NCBI GenBank assembly: GCA_040767605.1
Contig: JAXGOI010000001.1
Coordinates: forward strand, 1,538,638 to 1,602,637
DNA length: 64,000 bases
Reading direction: 5' to 3'
DNA from: Clostridiales bacterium
Lineage (GTDB): Bacteria > Bacillota > Dehalobacteriia > UBA4068
Below the pieces are notes generated by a model. That model saw only the letters and a program-made list of their open reading frames with translations. It made no database searches and was not told the origin of the DNA. Positions 28,646-38,527 of the stretch are shown piece after piece (position 1 is the first letter of the stretch; each line of letters begins with the position of its first letter). The position numbers were made by a program, and so were the translations under genes.

Positions 28646-29437
28646 GTGAAAACACTATTAGAAAAAAGCAGAGAAATTAACCGTATAATTCAAAAAGCCG
28701 CCGGGCACCCCATTAGCTTTGTTGAAATGGCCGATACATTATGTAAAAATGTCGGCGCCAATGTTTATATTATTGGCAGAAAAGGTAAAGTATTGGGCTA
28801 TAGTTTTGTGGATAATTTTTATTGCCCCACTATGGATGATATTGTTAAGCTGGATGCCCATTTCCCCGATCAATACAATGAAGATCTTTTGCGTACAACC
28901 GAAACAAAAGTTAATATTACCAGAAGCGAGCAATGTGTTTTCGGTGTCCACAATACCTGCTTTATGCAGGATAAAAATACAACCGTTGTACCTATTTTAG
29001 GCGGCGGGCAGCGCCTGGGTACTTTAATGCTTTCTAAAAGCGGCGAATTTGACAGCGGAGATTTAATGCTGGCGGAATACGGCGCCACCGTAATCGGTAT
29101 GGAAATCCTCCGGGCTAAAGTTGAAAAGGTAGAGGAAATAGCCAGGCAAAAAGCTGTTGTAAGCATCGCCTTTGATACCCTTTCTTATTCCGAGCTTGAG
29201 GCTGTGGAACATATTTTTAATGAGCTGGGGGATACCAACGGTCTTTTAGTCGCCTCCAAAATAGCGGATAAAGTCGGCATAACCCGTTCCGTAATTGTTA
29301 ATGCCCTGCGTAAGCTGGAAAGCGCCGGGGTGGTTGAGGTTCGCTCCCTTGGTATGAAGGGCACATATATCCGCATTCTTAATGATTATCTCTTAGAAGA
29401 GCTGGATAGAATTAAAACTACTCATCACCGCATATAA
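28646..29437 (+). CDS. codY: GTP/BCAA-sensing global repressor CodY
   Basis: MKTLLEKSREINRIIQ N-terminus, GAF domain, C-terminal wHTH (ASKIADKVGITRSVIVNALRKLESAGV). GTG start after AGAGGTGG. Confidence 0.95.
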   Translation: MKTLLEKSREINRIIQKAAGHPISFVEMADTLCKNVGANVYIIGRKGKVLGYSFVDNFYCPTMDDIVKLDAHFPDQYNEDLLRTTETKVNITRSEQCVFGVHNTCFMQDKNTTVVPILGGGQRLGTLMLSKSGEFDSGDLMLAEYGATVIGMEILRAKVEKVEEIARQKAVVSIAFDTLSYSELEAVEHIFNELGDTNGLLVASKIADKVGITRSVIVNALRKLESAGVVEVRSLGMKGTYIRILNDYLLEELDRIKTTHHRI

Positions 29438-29596
29438 TTGCTTAATTAAAGGCGGGCTTTTGCCTAAAACACTTAATAATATCTAAAATAAAATAGAGGG
29501 GGATTTGCTCTCCCTCTTTTGTATTGCCAAGATGCTTTCTAAATGATAGAATTATTTATTAAGAAGCCTGCTTAAGCATTTTATTGGAGATAAAAC

Positions 29597-31783
29597 ATGG
29601 ACGACGGTAAAATTTTAAGCCTAATTGAGGAAATTAAACTTTATAATCCGGCCAGCGAAAGCGATAAAATACTTCAGGCTTACCGGCTGGCTTTTTCCGC
29701 CCATGAGGGGCAAAAGAGGGATTCCGGCGAGGAATATATTAACCACCCTCTGGCTGTAGCCCAGATTTTAGCCGGCCTCCAATTGGACGATACCAGCATT
29801 ATTGCGGGTATACTCCATGATGTGGTGGAGGATACAAGCATAAGCCTGGAATATATTCAAGAGCATTTCGGAAGGGAAACAGCCCTTTTAGTGGACGGTG
29901 TAACAAAGCTCAGTAAATTGGAATTTCGTTCCCGTCAGGAGCGCCAGGCTGAGAATTTACGGAAAATGTTCCTTTCCATGGCTAATGATATTAGAATTAT
30001 CTTAATTAAGCTGGCAGACCGTCTTCATAATATGCGTACTCTTAAATCTCATCATTCCCCGGTGCGTCAGAAGGAAATAGCCGAAGAAACCCTGACTATT
30101 TTTGCTCCTCTGGCCCACCGTTTGGGAATTTTTGCAATTAAAAGCGAGCTGGAGGATTTATCCCTTTCTTTTTTAGAGCCCGACGCCTTTCTGGATTTAA
30201 AGCAAAAAATGGAAGAGGAATATGTGCAAAGGGATGCCGTAATAACGGCTATTTGCCGTAAAATCAGCTCAAACCTCAGAAAAATGTCTATAAACGCCGA
30301 AATAAGCGGGCGATTTAAAAATTTATACAGTATATATAATAAAATGCGCCTGCAGCAAAAGGCCTTAAACGAAATTTTTGATTTAAACGCGGTAAGAGTT
30401 ATTGTGGATACGGTTAAGGATTGCTATGGGGTTTTAGGGGTAATACATACCCATTGGAAGCCTATTCCCGGGCGCTTTAAAGATTATATTGCCATGCCTA
30501 AGCAAAATATGTATCAATCTATTCATACTACGGTTATCGGCGATGACGGCAACCCCTTTGAGGTTCAAATACGCACCTGGGAAATGCATAGAATAGCGGA
30601 ATACGGCATTGCCGCCCATTGGCGCTATAAAGAGGGCAAAAGCGGAGACGCCGATTTTGAAAAAAAGGTGGAGTGGCTCCGCCATATGCTGGAATGGCAG
30701 CAGGAATTAAGAGATGCCAGGGAATTTGTGGAATCCGTAAAAGTAGATTTATTCAGCGATAATATTTATGTATTCAGCCCCCGGGGCGATGTTTATGAGC
30801 TCCCCGCCGGTTCCTGCCCCATAGATTTTGCTTACAGAGTTCATACTCAGGTTGGGCATCAATGTATGGGGGCTAAAGTTAACCGCCGTATGGTGCCCCT
30901 GGATCATCAATTGCAAAACGGGGATATTGTAGAAATTCTTACAGCCAAGGGGCGGGGGCCTAATCGGGATTGGCTTAAAATAGTCCGTACTCAGCAGGCA
31001 AAAAATAAAATCCGCCAATGGTTCCGCAAAGAGAGCCGGGAAGAGAATATTCTCAGCGGGCGGGAATTTTTTGAAAAAGAATGTAAAAAGTGGAATTTTG
31101 ACCCGGCCCAGATTTTAAAACATGAAAAAATGGGGGCTGTTTTACAGCGTTTTAATTTAAATAATTTAGAAGACCTTTTTGCCGCCATTGGTTACGGCGC
31201 TTTAAATGTTTCTACGGTTATTGCAAGGGTGAGGGAGGAATTCCATTTAGAAAGAACTGAGGAGCCCCATGAGCCGCTGCCCCTGCGCCCCTTTGAAGAC
31301 AAGTCTTTAAAAAACGGGGTTTGGGTAAAAGGTGCGGATAATATTATGGTGCGCTTTGCCCATTGCTGCAATCCTTTGCCCGGGGATGAAATTATCGGTT
31401 ATATAACCCGGGGCAGAGGGGTATCCATACACAGGACGGATTGCCCCAATATTAAATATTATCGTCAAAACGAGGCCCCGCGCTTAATTGAGGTTGGCTG
31501 GGGAGATAATGTTGACGGGATTTTTCAGGTAGAAATTGAAATAAACGCTATAGAGAGGGAGCGCCTGGCCATAGATATTATGGGTATAATGGCGGAAACA
31601 AAAACAATTGTAAACGGGATAAATATCAGCACCGATAAAAGAAATAAAATTGCTTATATCCTTCTTAAGGTGGAGGTAAGGAATTTAGGCCAATTAGATT
31701 ATATTATGAAAAGAATTAATAATATTAAGGGCATAAATGAGGTAAGAAGAGTAAGAACCCTAGGGAGGCAGGTAAAAAAATAG
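29597..31783 (+). CDS. relA: Bifunctional (p)ppGpp synthetase/hydrolase (long RSH)
   Basis: HD hydrolase domain (HPLAV...HDVVEDT), synthetase domain (DYIA.PK.N.YQSIHT), then TGS and ACT domains. Confidence 0.95.
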   Translation: MDDGKILSLIEEIKLYNPASESDKILQAYRLAFSAHEGQKRDSGEEYINHPLAVAQILAGLQLDDTSIIAGILHDVVEDTSISLEYIQEHFGRETALLVDGVTKLSKLEFRSRQERQAENLRKMFLSMANDIRIILIKLADRLHNMRTLKSHHSPVRQKEIAEETLTIFAPLAHRLGIFAIKSELEDLSLSFLEPDAFLDLKQKMEEEYVQRDAVITAICRKISSNLRKMSINAEISGRFKNLYSIYNKMRLQQKALNEIFDLNAVRVIVDTVKDCYGVLGVIHTHWKPIPGRFKDYIAMPKQNMYQSIHTTVIGDDGNPFEVQIRTWEMHRIAEYGIAAHWRYKEGKSGDADFEKKVEWLRHMLEWQQELRDAREFVESVKVDLFSDNIYVFSPRGDVYELPAGSCPIDFAYRVHTQVGHQCMGAKVNRRMVPLDHQLQNGDIVEILTAKGRGPNRDWLKIVRTQQAKNKIRQWFRKESREENILSGREFFEKECKKWNFDPAQILKHEKMGAVLQRFNLNNLEDLFAAIGYGALNVSTVIARVREEFHLERTEEPHEPLPLRPFEDKSLKNGVWVKGADNIMVRFAHCCNPLPGDEIIGYITRGRGVSIHRTDCPNIKYYRQNEAPRLIEVGWGDNVDGIFQVEIEINAIERERLAIDIMGIMAETKTIVNGINISTDKRNKIAYILLKVEVRNLGQLDYIMKRINNIKGINEVRRVRTLGRQVKK

Positions 31784-31848
31784 TTTTGCCTATGGCCACG
31801 GTTTTGGGCATAAAAGAGCAAAAAAAGAGAGACAAAGGCGGTTAGAAT

Positions 31849-32286
31849 ATGAGAGCGCTTATTCAAAGAGTTAAAGAGGGCCAGGTGGAAATTAAAGACA
31901 GAGATACTGCCGCAATCGGCCAAGGGCTTGTGGTTTTATTGGGAGTTGCCAAAGGAGATAATCCTGCTAAGGCCCAGTGGCTGGCTAAAAAAACAGCTAA
32001 TTTACGGATTTTTTCCGACGAAGAGGGCAAGCTTAATTTATCCCTGGCGGATTTAAAAGGAGAGGCTTTGGTAATTTCTCAGTTTACCCTGTATGCAAAT
32101 TGCAATAAAGGCCTCCGCCCCGGCTTTGAGGAGGCGGCTGGAGCCTCTTTAGCGGAGGAGCTTTACCTGGAATATATCGCCGCATTAAAAAAAGAAGGCA
32201 TAGAGGTTAAAACCGGGGTTTTTCAGGCGGATATGCTGGTTAGAATAGCCAATGACGGCCCGGTAACCATAATGCTAGAAAAATAA
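31849..32286 (+). CDS. dtd: D-aminoacyl-tRNA deacylase
   Basis: MRALIQRV...SQFTLYA...GPVT motifs; 145 aa. Adjacent to relA, as in many Firmicutes. Confidence 0.95.
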   Translation: MRALIQRVKEGQVEIKDRDTAAIGQGLVVLLGVAKGDNPAKAQWLAKKTANLRIFSDEEGKLNLSLADLKGEALVISQFTLYANCNKGLRPGFEEAAGASLAEELYLEYIAALKKEGIEVKTGVFQADMLVRIANDGPVTIMLEK

Positions 32287-32312
32287 AGAGATTTACTTTC
32301 TTAGCCTAAATG

Positions 32313-32398
32313 GGGATTAGAGGATTAAATGAGGATTAGAGGATTAAATAGGTTAGAGGATTAAATAATCATAAAATGAGAATTAAATAGGGTTAAAT
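32313..32398 (+). repeat. Degenerate tandem array of (G)GATTA(G/A)A words
   Basis: GATTAGAGGATTAAAT occurs at 32315-32330 and 32334-32349 (19-nt period). GGTTAGAGGATTAAAT is at 32351-32366. Decayed copies GAGAATTAAAT and AGGGTTAAAT run up to 32398. Confidence 0.85.
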
Positions 32399-32426
32399 GC
32401 GGATAAAAGGAGGATAAAAATACTAA

Positions 32427-33059
32427 ATGGGCGATTATACTATTTTAAGCCTTGAAGTAGGGCCCCTTGGCACTAATTGCTATATTGTAGCCTGCGCCAA
32501 AACAAAAAAAGCCGCAATTATCGACCCCGGCGGCAACGGGCCGGATATACTTAAAACCCTAGAAAATAAGGGCTGGCAGGCGGAGGCAATTATTAACACT
32601 CACGGCCATTGGGATCATATTATGGCTAATTCATTTTTAAAGGAGCATACCGGGGCCGAGCTGCTTATCCATAAGGAGGACGCCTCCTTTTTAAAAGAAG
32701 GAAGCAGAAGCGGGGCCTTTCTTTTTGGGGGAGACGGCAATGGGGGAAGCCCGGACAGGCTTTTAAAAGACGGGGATGAAATTAAAATTGGGGAGCTTAT
32801 TTTAAAGGTTCTTCATACTCCCGGCCATTCCCCGGGAGGGATTGCCCTTTTAATGGGGGATGAGCTTTTCTCCGGGGATACTCTTTTTCAGCATTCCATA
32901 GGGCGTACCGATTTATACGGGGGCAGCTATGAGGAAATTATAAAATCCATTAAGGAAAAACTGCTGGTACTGGCGGATGAAACCAGAGTTTACCCCGGCC
33001 ACGGCCCTGATACAAGTATTGGGGAGGAGCGGAAGCTTAACCCCTATATCAGAGAATAA
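32427..33059 (+). CDS. MBL-fold metallo-hydrolase (glyoxalase II-like)
   Basis: THGHWDH, HTPGHSPG and GDTLF motifs; 210 aa. Confidence 0.85.
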   Translation: MGDYTILSLEVGPLGTNCYIVACAKTKKAAIIDPGGNGPDILKTLENKGWQAEAIINTHGHWDHIMANSFLKEHTGAELLIHKEDASFLKEGSRSGAFLFGGDGNGGSPDRLLKDGDEIKIGELILKVLHTPGHSPGGIALLMGDELFSGDTLFQHSIGRTDLYGGSYEEIIKSIKEKLLVLADETRVYPGHGPDTSIGEERKLNPYIRE

Positions 33060-33076
33060 AAACTAAACAATCCAAA

Positions 33077-33104
33077 CAAAAAAGACGCTTTAGCGTCTTT
33101 TTTA
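33077..33104. terminator. Bidirectional intrinsic terminator between convergent genes
   Basis: AGACGC-TTTA-GCGTCT flanked by an A-run on the left and a T-run on the right. Overlaps the MFS stop codon. Confidence 0.75.
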
Positions 33105-34535
33105 TTTAAGGCTTTGTTTTTCTTTGCGGCTTAAAAACTTCCCCGGCATATGCCAGGCCGCAAAAAGAGCAATGAGAATTAAAAAGGCGGAGAAAAACAG
33201 GGCATCCCGAAAGGAAAAGATAAAGGCATCCCCGGAATTTAATAAATTATCCCCCTCGGCATAATAGCAGCTGCGGGAAGTTATAATAAGGCTCCCTAAT
33301 GATATGCCCAAAGCCTGTGCCACAGAGCGTAAAGCGCCTGTAAGGCCCGAAACCAGCCCCCGGTAATCCTCAGGGGCGCTGGTAATTATTCCGGCATTTA
33401 CAGGGGCTGTAACAAAACCGGTGCCGACGCCGAAAAGCAGAAGGCTGAAAACCATAAAGAAATAGGTGGAATGATAATTTAAAAGGCTTAAAAGAAGGGT
33501 AGAAATTAAAACTAAAATAAGCCCGACAGCGGCAGGGAATTTAATCCCGAATTTATCCCCCAAGCTGCCCCCGGGGGTGGAAAAAAACATAATGGAAAGG
33601 GGCATAGCCGTAATTATAAGCCCGGCAATATCAGATGAGAAGCCCCTAAAATCAATTAAATAAAAAGGCAGAAGAAAGACTATCATCATTTGAGAGGCAT
33701 AAAAACAAAGGCTTATTATACTGCCAAGGGCAATAGGAGGGTTTTTAAAAAGATCGGTTTTTACTAAGGGGTGCTTAAGCTTTTTTTCTTCCCGCAAAAA
33801 GAGCAAAAAGGAGAAAATTCCTATGGCCAGGGGGGCAATAAAAGGAAAAGAGAATAAGCCGTAGGAGGCAAGAAAGTTTATGCAAAGAATAATACCGCAA
33901 ATAAAAAGAGATAAAAGCACGGCCCCCAATATATCCAGCTTATTGCGGGAGCCCCTTTCCCAGGGTAAAAATTTTATTGTGGCAATAATTCCTAAAATCC
34001 CCAGCGGTACATTAATGGAAAAAAGGGAATGCCAGGAAAAAAGGCCGGAAAGCCAGCCGCCTAAAGGGGGCCCGATAGACAGCCCTAAAGAGACAAAAAT
34101 CGTGTTTATGCCAATGGCTCTTCCTCTTTCATCCGGGGGGAAGGCCTTTACAATTAAAGCCGGAGAAATAGCAATAATCATGCTCCCCCCAAGCCCCTGT
34201 ATAGCCCTGAAAATAAGCAGGCCCCCAAAGGAGTTTGCAAAAACCACCGCCAAACCGGAGGAGAGGGCAAAAATACCAAAGCCTAAAAGCATAATTAACC
34301 GGTTGCCGTAAAGATCCCCCAGGCGGCCAGAGAGTAAAAGCAAGCTGCTTAAAGAAAGAATATATATTGTAGATACCCAGCTGATGGCATTTAAAGGCAA
34401 ATTAAAATCCGCCGCCATCAGGGGCAGGGCAATATTTATGCTGCTGGTGGTGAATGTTCCCATTAAGGTTGCCATTCCGGTAATGGTAAAAACCATCATT
34501 TTAGAGTAAGATTGTGTTTTGTTTAAATTTGTCAA
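33102..34535 (-). CDS. MFS transporter, 14-TM drug:H+ antiporter (DHA2-like)
   Basis: 477 aa, about 14 hydrophobic segments, MFS motif A-like GRLGDLYGNR. TTG start. Confidence 0.8.
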   Translation of the reverse strand: MTNLNKTQSYSKMMVFTITGMATLMGTFTTSSINIALPLMAADFNLPLNAISWVSTIYILSLSSLLLLSGRLGDLYGNRLIMLLGFGIFALSSGLAVVFANSFGGLLIFRAIQGLGGSMIIAISPALIVKAFPPDERGRAIGINTIFVSLGLSIGPPLGGWLSGLFSWHSLFSINVPLGILGIIATIKFLPWERGSRNKLDILGAVLLSLFICGIILCINFLASYGLFSFPFIAPLAIGIFSFLLFLREEKKLKHPLVKTDLFKNPPIALGSIISLCFYASQMMIVFLLPFYLIDFRGFSSDIAGLIITAMPLSIMFFSTPGGSLGDKFGIKFPAAVGLILVLISTLLLSLLNYHSTYFFMVFSLLLFGVGTGFVTAPVNAGIITSAPEDYRGLVSGLTGALRSVAQALGISLGSLIITSRSCYYAEGDNLLNSGDAFIFSFRDALFFSAFLILIALFAAWHMPGKFLSRKEKQSLK

Positions 34536-34707
34536 AGTAGGTCGTCCTTTTTCCTTTTTGGTTTTATTTGCAGAAACAGTGCATTTCTCTATTATACTAA
34601 AAAAGCAAAAAAAAAGACAGGCTAAAAAACAGCTTAAAATACTGTAATCAGCAGGTTTTTTAAAGAATAAGCCTAAGTAAAAGTATTCGGGCGCTTATTA
34701 ATTATAT

Positions 34708-34964
34708 TTGACAAAGCCCTTAATTCTTTTTATAATAGATGAAATAAGAAAAAGCGATGAAGGGGATTCCTGCGGTAAAAAGTGCCCCCAGGGAGGAAAC
34801 GCCCGGACTGAAAGCGTTTTCGGCACTGGCAGCAGGGGAACACCCCGGAGACGGCATTTGCAAAGAATGCCCGGGCAGGCCCGTTAAAGCCAAAGAGTTG
34901 GGGTTTTTAACCCAATAAGGGTGGCACCGCGAGCATTCGTCCCTGATTGCTGGGGGCTTTTTTT
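34708..34964 (+). promoter_or_regulatory. Promoter plus T-box riboswitch leader of hisS-aspS
   Basis: TTGACA-17-TATAAT (34708-34736). Stem I has an AG-rich bulge and a distal loop. The T-box sequence AAGGGTGGCACCGCGAG lies at 34917-34933. The antiterminator is AGGG/CCCT plus a 7-nt bulge TGGCACC plus GCGA/TCGT. It competes with the terminator GTCCCT/GGGGGC (34939-34957) followed by T7. Specifier region is GAACACC at 34838-34844. Confidence 0.85.
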
Positions 34965-35091
34965 ATTTTTAAGCGGAAATTAAGCGCCGCCAAAAAGTTT
35001 ATAGCCTGAATTAGGAAGTAAAAACAAGCTATAAAAAGCAATTAGCAGCAATAAGCAGCAATAAGAAGGGCATAATTAGGGAGGCATAAAA

Positions 35092-36354
35092 ATGAGCATA
35101 TTAAGGCCCAGAGGCACAAATGATTTTCTCCCCCCGGAAACTGCCAAATGGCAGGTTGTTGAGGGCTTATTGCATCAGCTTTGCCGGGAATTCGGCTATA
35201 AGGAGGCCCGCACCCCTATTTTTGAGCATACGGAGCTGTTTATTCGGGGTGTGGGGGATACTACAGATATTGTCCAAAAAGAAATGTATACATTCTTAGA
35301 CGGGGGCAATCGCTCCCTAACCCTCCGTCCGGAAAATACCGCCTCTATGGCCAGAGCCTATTTAGAGAATAAGCTGGCAGGGCTTGCTCAGCCGGTTAAG
35401 CTTTATTATATAGGCCCTATGTTTCGGTATGAAAGGCCTCAGGCGGGCCGCTTCCGTCAATTTCATCAATTTGGCCTGGAGGCCTTCGGTTCGCCCCTTG
35501 CAATAAATGACGGAGAAGTTATAGCCTTTGGCTGGGAGTTTTTAAACAGGCTGGGGCTTAAAGATAAACAGCTTCTTTTAAACAGCGTGGGCTGCCCTGT
35601 TTGCCGCCCTGCCCACAGGGAGGCTTTGCAAAATTACCTTGCCCCCCGCTTAAATGAGCTTTGCCCCCTTTGCCAAGATAGATATGCAAGAAACCCCATG
35701 CGGGTTTTAGATTGTAAAAATGAAAATTGCCAAAAAATAACCAAAGATGCCCCTAATATGCTCCAGTATTTATGCCCGGAATGCGACAGCCATTTTAAAA
35801 GGGTTCAAAGCTTTTTAAAAGCCGCCGAAATTCCCTTTACCCTTAATTTGCGCCTGGTAAGGGGTTTGGATTATTATACAAAAACCGCCTTTGAAATTCA
35901 AAGCGAAAGCATCGGCGCCAAAGGCGCAATTTGCGGTGGCGGCCGTTATGATGAGCTTATCTGCGATATTGGGGGAGTATCTGTGCCTGCCGTAGGCCTT
36001 GCCATGGGTTTGGAGAGGATTATTTCCGCCCTGGAAACTCAGGGTGAGGAAATCGCTCCGGAGGAGTATACGGATGTTTATATAGCAACGGTGGATAAAG
36101 AAATAAAAACCGAGGAGGCGGCCTTTGCCCTTACCAGGGATTTGCGTAATTTTGGCTTTATTGCGGAGCAGGATTTGCTGGGCCGCAGCCTTAAGGCCCA
36201 ATTAAAACAGGCGGATAGGCTTAAGGCCTGTTATACAGTGCTAATTGGCGGGGATGAATTAAAGTCCGGCCAGGCCATAATACGGGAAATGGCGGCAGGA
36301 GAGCAATTTACAGTTGCGATTAATGAAATAAAAAAGAGATTAATAACGAAATAA
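35092..36354 (+). CDS. hisS: Histidine--tRNA ligase
   Basis: Class II motifs (RPENTAS, FRYERPQAGRFRQFHQ, GGGRYD). Confidence 0.95.
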   Translation: MSILRPRGTNDFLPPETAKWQVVEGLLHQLCREFGYKEARTPIFEHTELFIRGVGDTTDIVQKEMYTFLDGGNRSLTLRPENTASMARAYLENKLAGLAQPVKLYYIGPMFRYERPQAGRFRQFHQFGLEAFGSPLAINDGEVIAFGWEFLNRLGLKDKQLLLNSVGCPVCRPAHREALQNYLAPRLNELCPLCQDRYARNPMRVLDCKNENCQKITKDAPNMLQYLCPECDSHFKRVQSFLKAAEIPFTLNLRLVRGLDYYTKTAFEIQSESIGAKGAICGGGRYDELICDIGGVSVPAVGLAMGLERIISALETQGEEIAPEEYTDVYIATVDKEIKTEEAAFALTRDLRNFGFIAEQDLLGRSLKAQLKQADRLKACYTVLIGGDELKSGQAIIREMAAGEQFTVAINEIKKRLITK

Positions 36355-36434
36355 AAAGAGTTTAATTATAAAATATAAAAAGATTATAAGAGAATAAAAA
36401 ATATTTAATTGTAAAACAGAAAGTGGTGGAATGA

Positions 36435-38231
36435 ATGTCTGAAGCTTTAGGGGGAATGAAAAGAAGTATTTATTGCGGCCTTTTAAAAGCCCGGGATGCC
36501 GGCAAAGAGGTTGTTTTAACCGGCTGGGTGCAAAGGAGAAGGGATCATGGCGGCCTGATATTTATTGATTTAAGAGATAGATACGGCCTTGTTCAAATTG
36601 TTTTCAGCCAGGATGTTGCCAAAGAAGCCTTCGCCAAGGCGGAAACTGTCAGAAATGAATATGTTATGGCCGTAAAGGGGCAAGTGCGTTTACGCCTTGA
36701 GGGAACGGTTAATGAGAATTTAGCCACCGGCGAAATTGAGGTTTATGCCGAAGAGTTAAAAATACTCAATAAGGCCAAAACCCCGCCCTTTTATATTGAG
36801 GACGGTGTTGCCGTAGATGAGCTTATGCGCCTTAAATACCGTTATTTGGATTTGCGCCGCCCGGAAATGCGTAAATGCCTGGAGCTTCGCCATAAAACCA
36901 CTATGGCTATGCGCCATTATCTGGATAAAGAGGGCTTTTTGGAGGTGGAAACCCCGATTTTACAAAAAAGCACCCCCGAGGGAGCCAGGGATTATCTTGT
37001 GCCTTCCAGAATTTACCCCGGCGAGTTTTTTGCCCTTCCTCAATCTCCTCAGCTTTTTAAGCAGATTTTAATGGTTTCCGGTATAGATAAATATTTTCAG
37101 ATTGCCCGCTGCTTTCGGGATGAGGATTTACGGGCCGACCGCCAGCCGGAATTTACCCAGCTGGATATGGAAATGTCTTTTGTGGAAGTTGATGATATTT
37201 TAGAAACAGCCGAAAAAATGATTACCCGGGTTATGGGGGAGGCCATGGGTAAAGAGATAAAAGGCCCCTTCCCCCGCCTTACCTGGGAGGAGGCCATGAA
37301 TCGCTACGGTTCGGATAAGCCCGATACCCGCTTTGGTATGGAGCTGGTGGATATTGCGGATATTGCCAAGGCCAGCGAATTTAAGGTTTTTGCCGCCGTA
37401 GCCCAAAACGGCGGCTGGGTGCGGGGTATAAATGCCAAGGGCTGCGCCGGGTATTCCAGAAAGGATTTAGACGATTTAACAAAATACGCGGGTATTTACG
37501 GGGCCAAAGGCCTTGCCTGGATTATTGTGGAAGAGGAAGGCTTAAAATCTCCCATAGCTAAATTCTTCACTCAGGAGCAATTAGAGGCTATCTGCCGCCG
37601 TATGGAGGCCTGCCCCGGGGATTTGCTTATGTTTGTAGCCGCAGAGCGCCCCATAGCCGCAGACAGCCTTGGGCATTTGCGTTTAGAGATAGCCAAAAGA
37701 GAGAATTTAATTAACCCCGAGGATTTTAATTTCCTTTGGGTTACCCAATTCCCCCTCTTTGAATATGATGCTGAGGATAAGCGCTGGGTTGCGGTTCATC
37801 ATCCTTTTACCGCCCCTATGGATGAAGATATTCCCTATTTAGAAACCGATCAGGCCAGGGTGCGCTCTAAAGCCTATGATATGGTTTTAAACGGTACGGA
37901 ATTAGGGGGCGGCAGTATTCGTATTCATCAGCGGGATGTTCAGCAGCTTATGTTTAAGCTTTTAGGCCTGGATGAAGAAGAAAGCAATGAAAAATTCGGC
38001 TTTTTGCTGGAGGCCTTTGATTACGGCACCCCTCCCCATGGGGGCATAGCTTTCGGCCTGGACAGAATGGTAATGCTTATGGCAGGGAGGGAAAGCATAA
38101 GGGATGTTATTGCCTTCCCTAAAACTCAAAGCTCCTCCTGCCTCCTTACTCAGGCCCCTTGCCCCGTTGGGGAAAAGCAGCTAAAAGAGCTGCATATTAA
38201 AGCGGTTCTTCCTCCCGCCAAAGGAGAATAA
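36435..38231 (+). CDS. aspS: Aspartate--tRNA ligase (bacterial type; discriminating or non-discriminating not resolvable here)
   Basis: OB-fold N-terminus, [26 protein letters not shown], and the bacterial GAD insertion domain. Confidence 0.95.
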   Translation: MSEALGGMKRSIYCGLLKARDAGKEVVLTGWVQRRRDHGGLIFIDLRDRYGLVQIVFSQDVAKEAFAKAETVRNEYVMAVKGQVRLRLEGTVNENLATGEIEVYAEELKILNKAKTPPFYIEDGVAVDELMRLKYRYLDLRRPEMRKCLELRHKTTMAMRHYLDKEGFLEVETPILQKSTPEGARDYLVPSRIYPGEFFALPQSPQLFKQILMVSGIDKYFQIARCFRDEDLRADRQPEFTQLDMEMSFVEVDDILETAEKMITRVMGEAMGKEIKGPFPRLTWEEAMNRYGSDKPDTRFGMELVDIADIAKASEFKVFAAVAQNGGWVRGINAKGCAGYSRKDLDDLTKYAGIYGAKGLAWIIVEEEGLKSPIAKFFTQEQLEAICRRMEACPGDLLMFVAAERPIAADSLGHLRLEIAKRENLINPEDFNFLWVTQFPLFEYDAEDKRWVAVHHPFTAPMDEDIPYLETDQARVRSKAYDMVLNGTELGGGSIRIHQRDVQQLMFKLLGLDEEESNEKFGFLLEAFDYGTPPHGGIAFGLDRMVMLMAGRESIRDVIAFPKTQSSSCLLTQAPCPVGEKQLKELHIKAVLPPAKGE

Positions 38232-38310
38232 GCGGCCGAAAAATTTTTAAAAAAACTTAAACATCTAAGAGGGTATGCAAAAAATGTATTTTTATGGCAG
38301 CTTTTGCCCC

Positions 38311-38339
38311 TTGTTCACCGGCGAGTCTGGTGCTATAAT
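38311..38339 (+). promoter_or_regulatory. Sigma-A-type promoter with extended -10, driving the 6S-like RNA
   Basis: TTGTTC (38311-38316), 17-nt spacer, TGcTATAAT (-10 at 38334-38339). Confidence 0.6.
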
Positions 38340-38344
38340 TTAAG

Positions 38345-38527
38345 TGCATACCCTGCGATGTTTGTGAATAAGCGCTCGTTTTGACCCAACACCTTTTATA
38401 GGGGAATCTAACTCTGGCTGCCTACCATATGCCCCAAATTTAGGGGACATGGGAAGTACTCAGGAGGATACCCACCTGCCTGGGGCAGGTTCAAAACACC
38501 GCTTATCACGGCAAAGTGGGGTTTTTA
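38345..38527 (+). ncRNA. ssrS: Candidate 6S RNA
   Basis: About 180 nt. It forms a long irregular closing helix (38349-38387 with 38488-38521), e.g. GTGAATAAGCG/CGCTTATCAC and GTTTTGACC/GGTTCAAAAC. There is an open central region, a local hairpin CCTGCC-TGG-GGCAGG (38475-38489) and a 3' end GGGGTTTTT. The location downstream of aspS parallels B. subtilis bsrA (6S-1). Confidence 0.6.

Noticed and set aside
34850-34852. GAC (Asp codon) as the T-box specifier for the hisS-aspS leader
   Set aside because: It lies 3' of the specifier-loop closing helix, in the K-turn region of my Stem I drawing, and not on the 3' side of the specifier loop.
38451-38473. Possible PyrR-binding loop (hairpin with loop CUCAGGAGGA and an AA bulge), which would make the region a pyr attenuator instead of 6S RNA
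   Set aside because: The loop matches the PyrR consensus (ARUCCAGAGAGGYU) only loosely, and the dominant ~35-bp closing helix is not a feature of PyrR attenuators. It is kept as the main alternative explanation, because pyrF appears to depend on read-through of this element.
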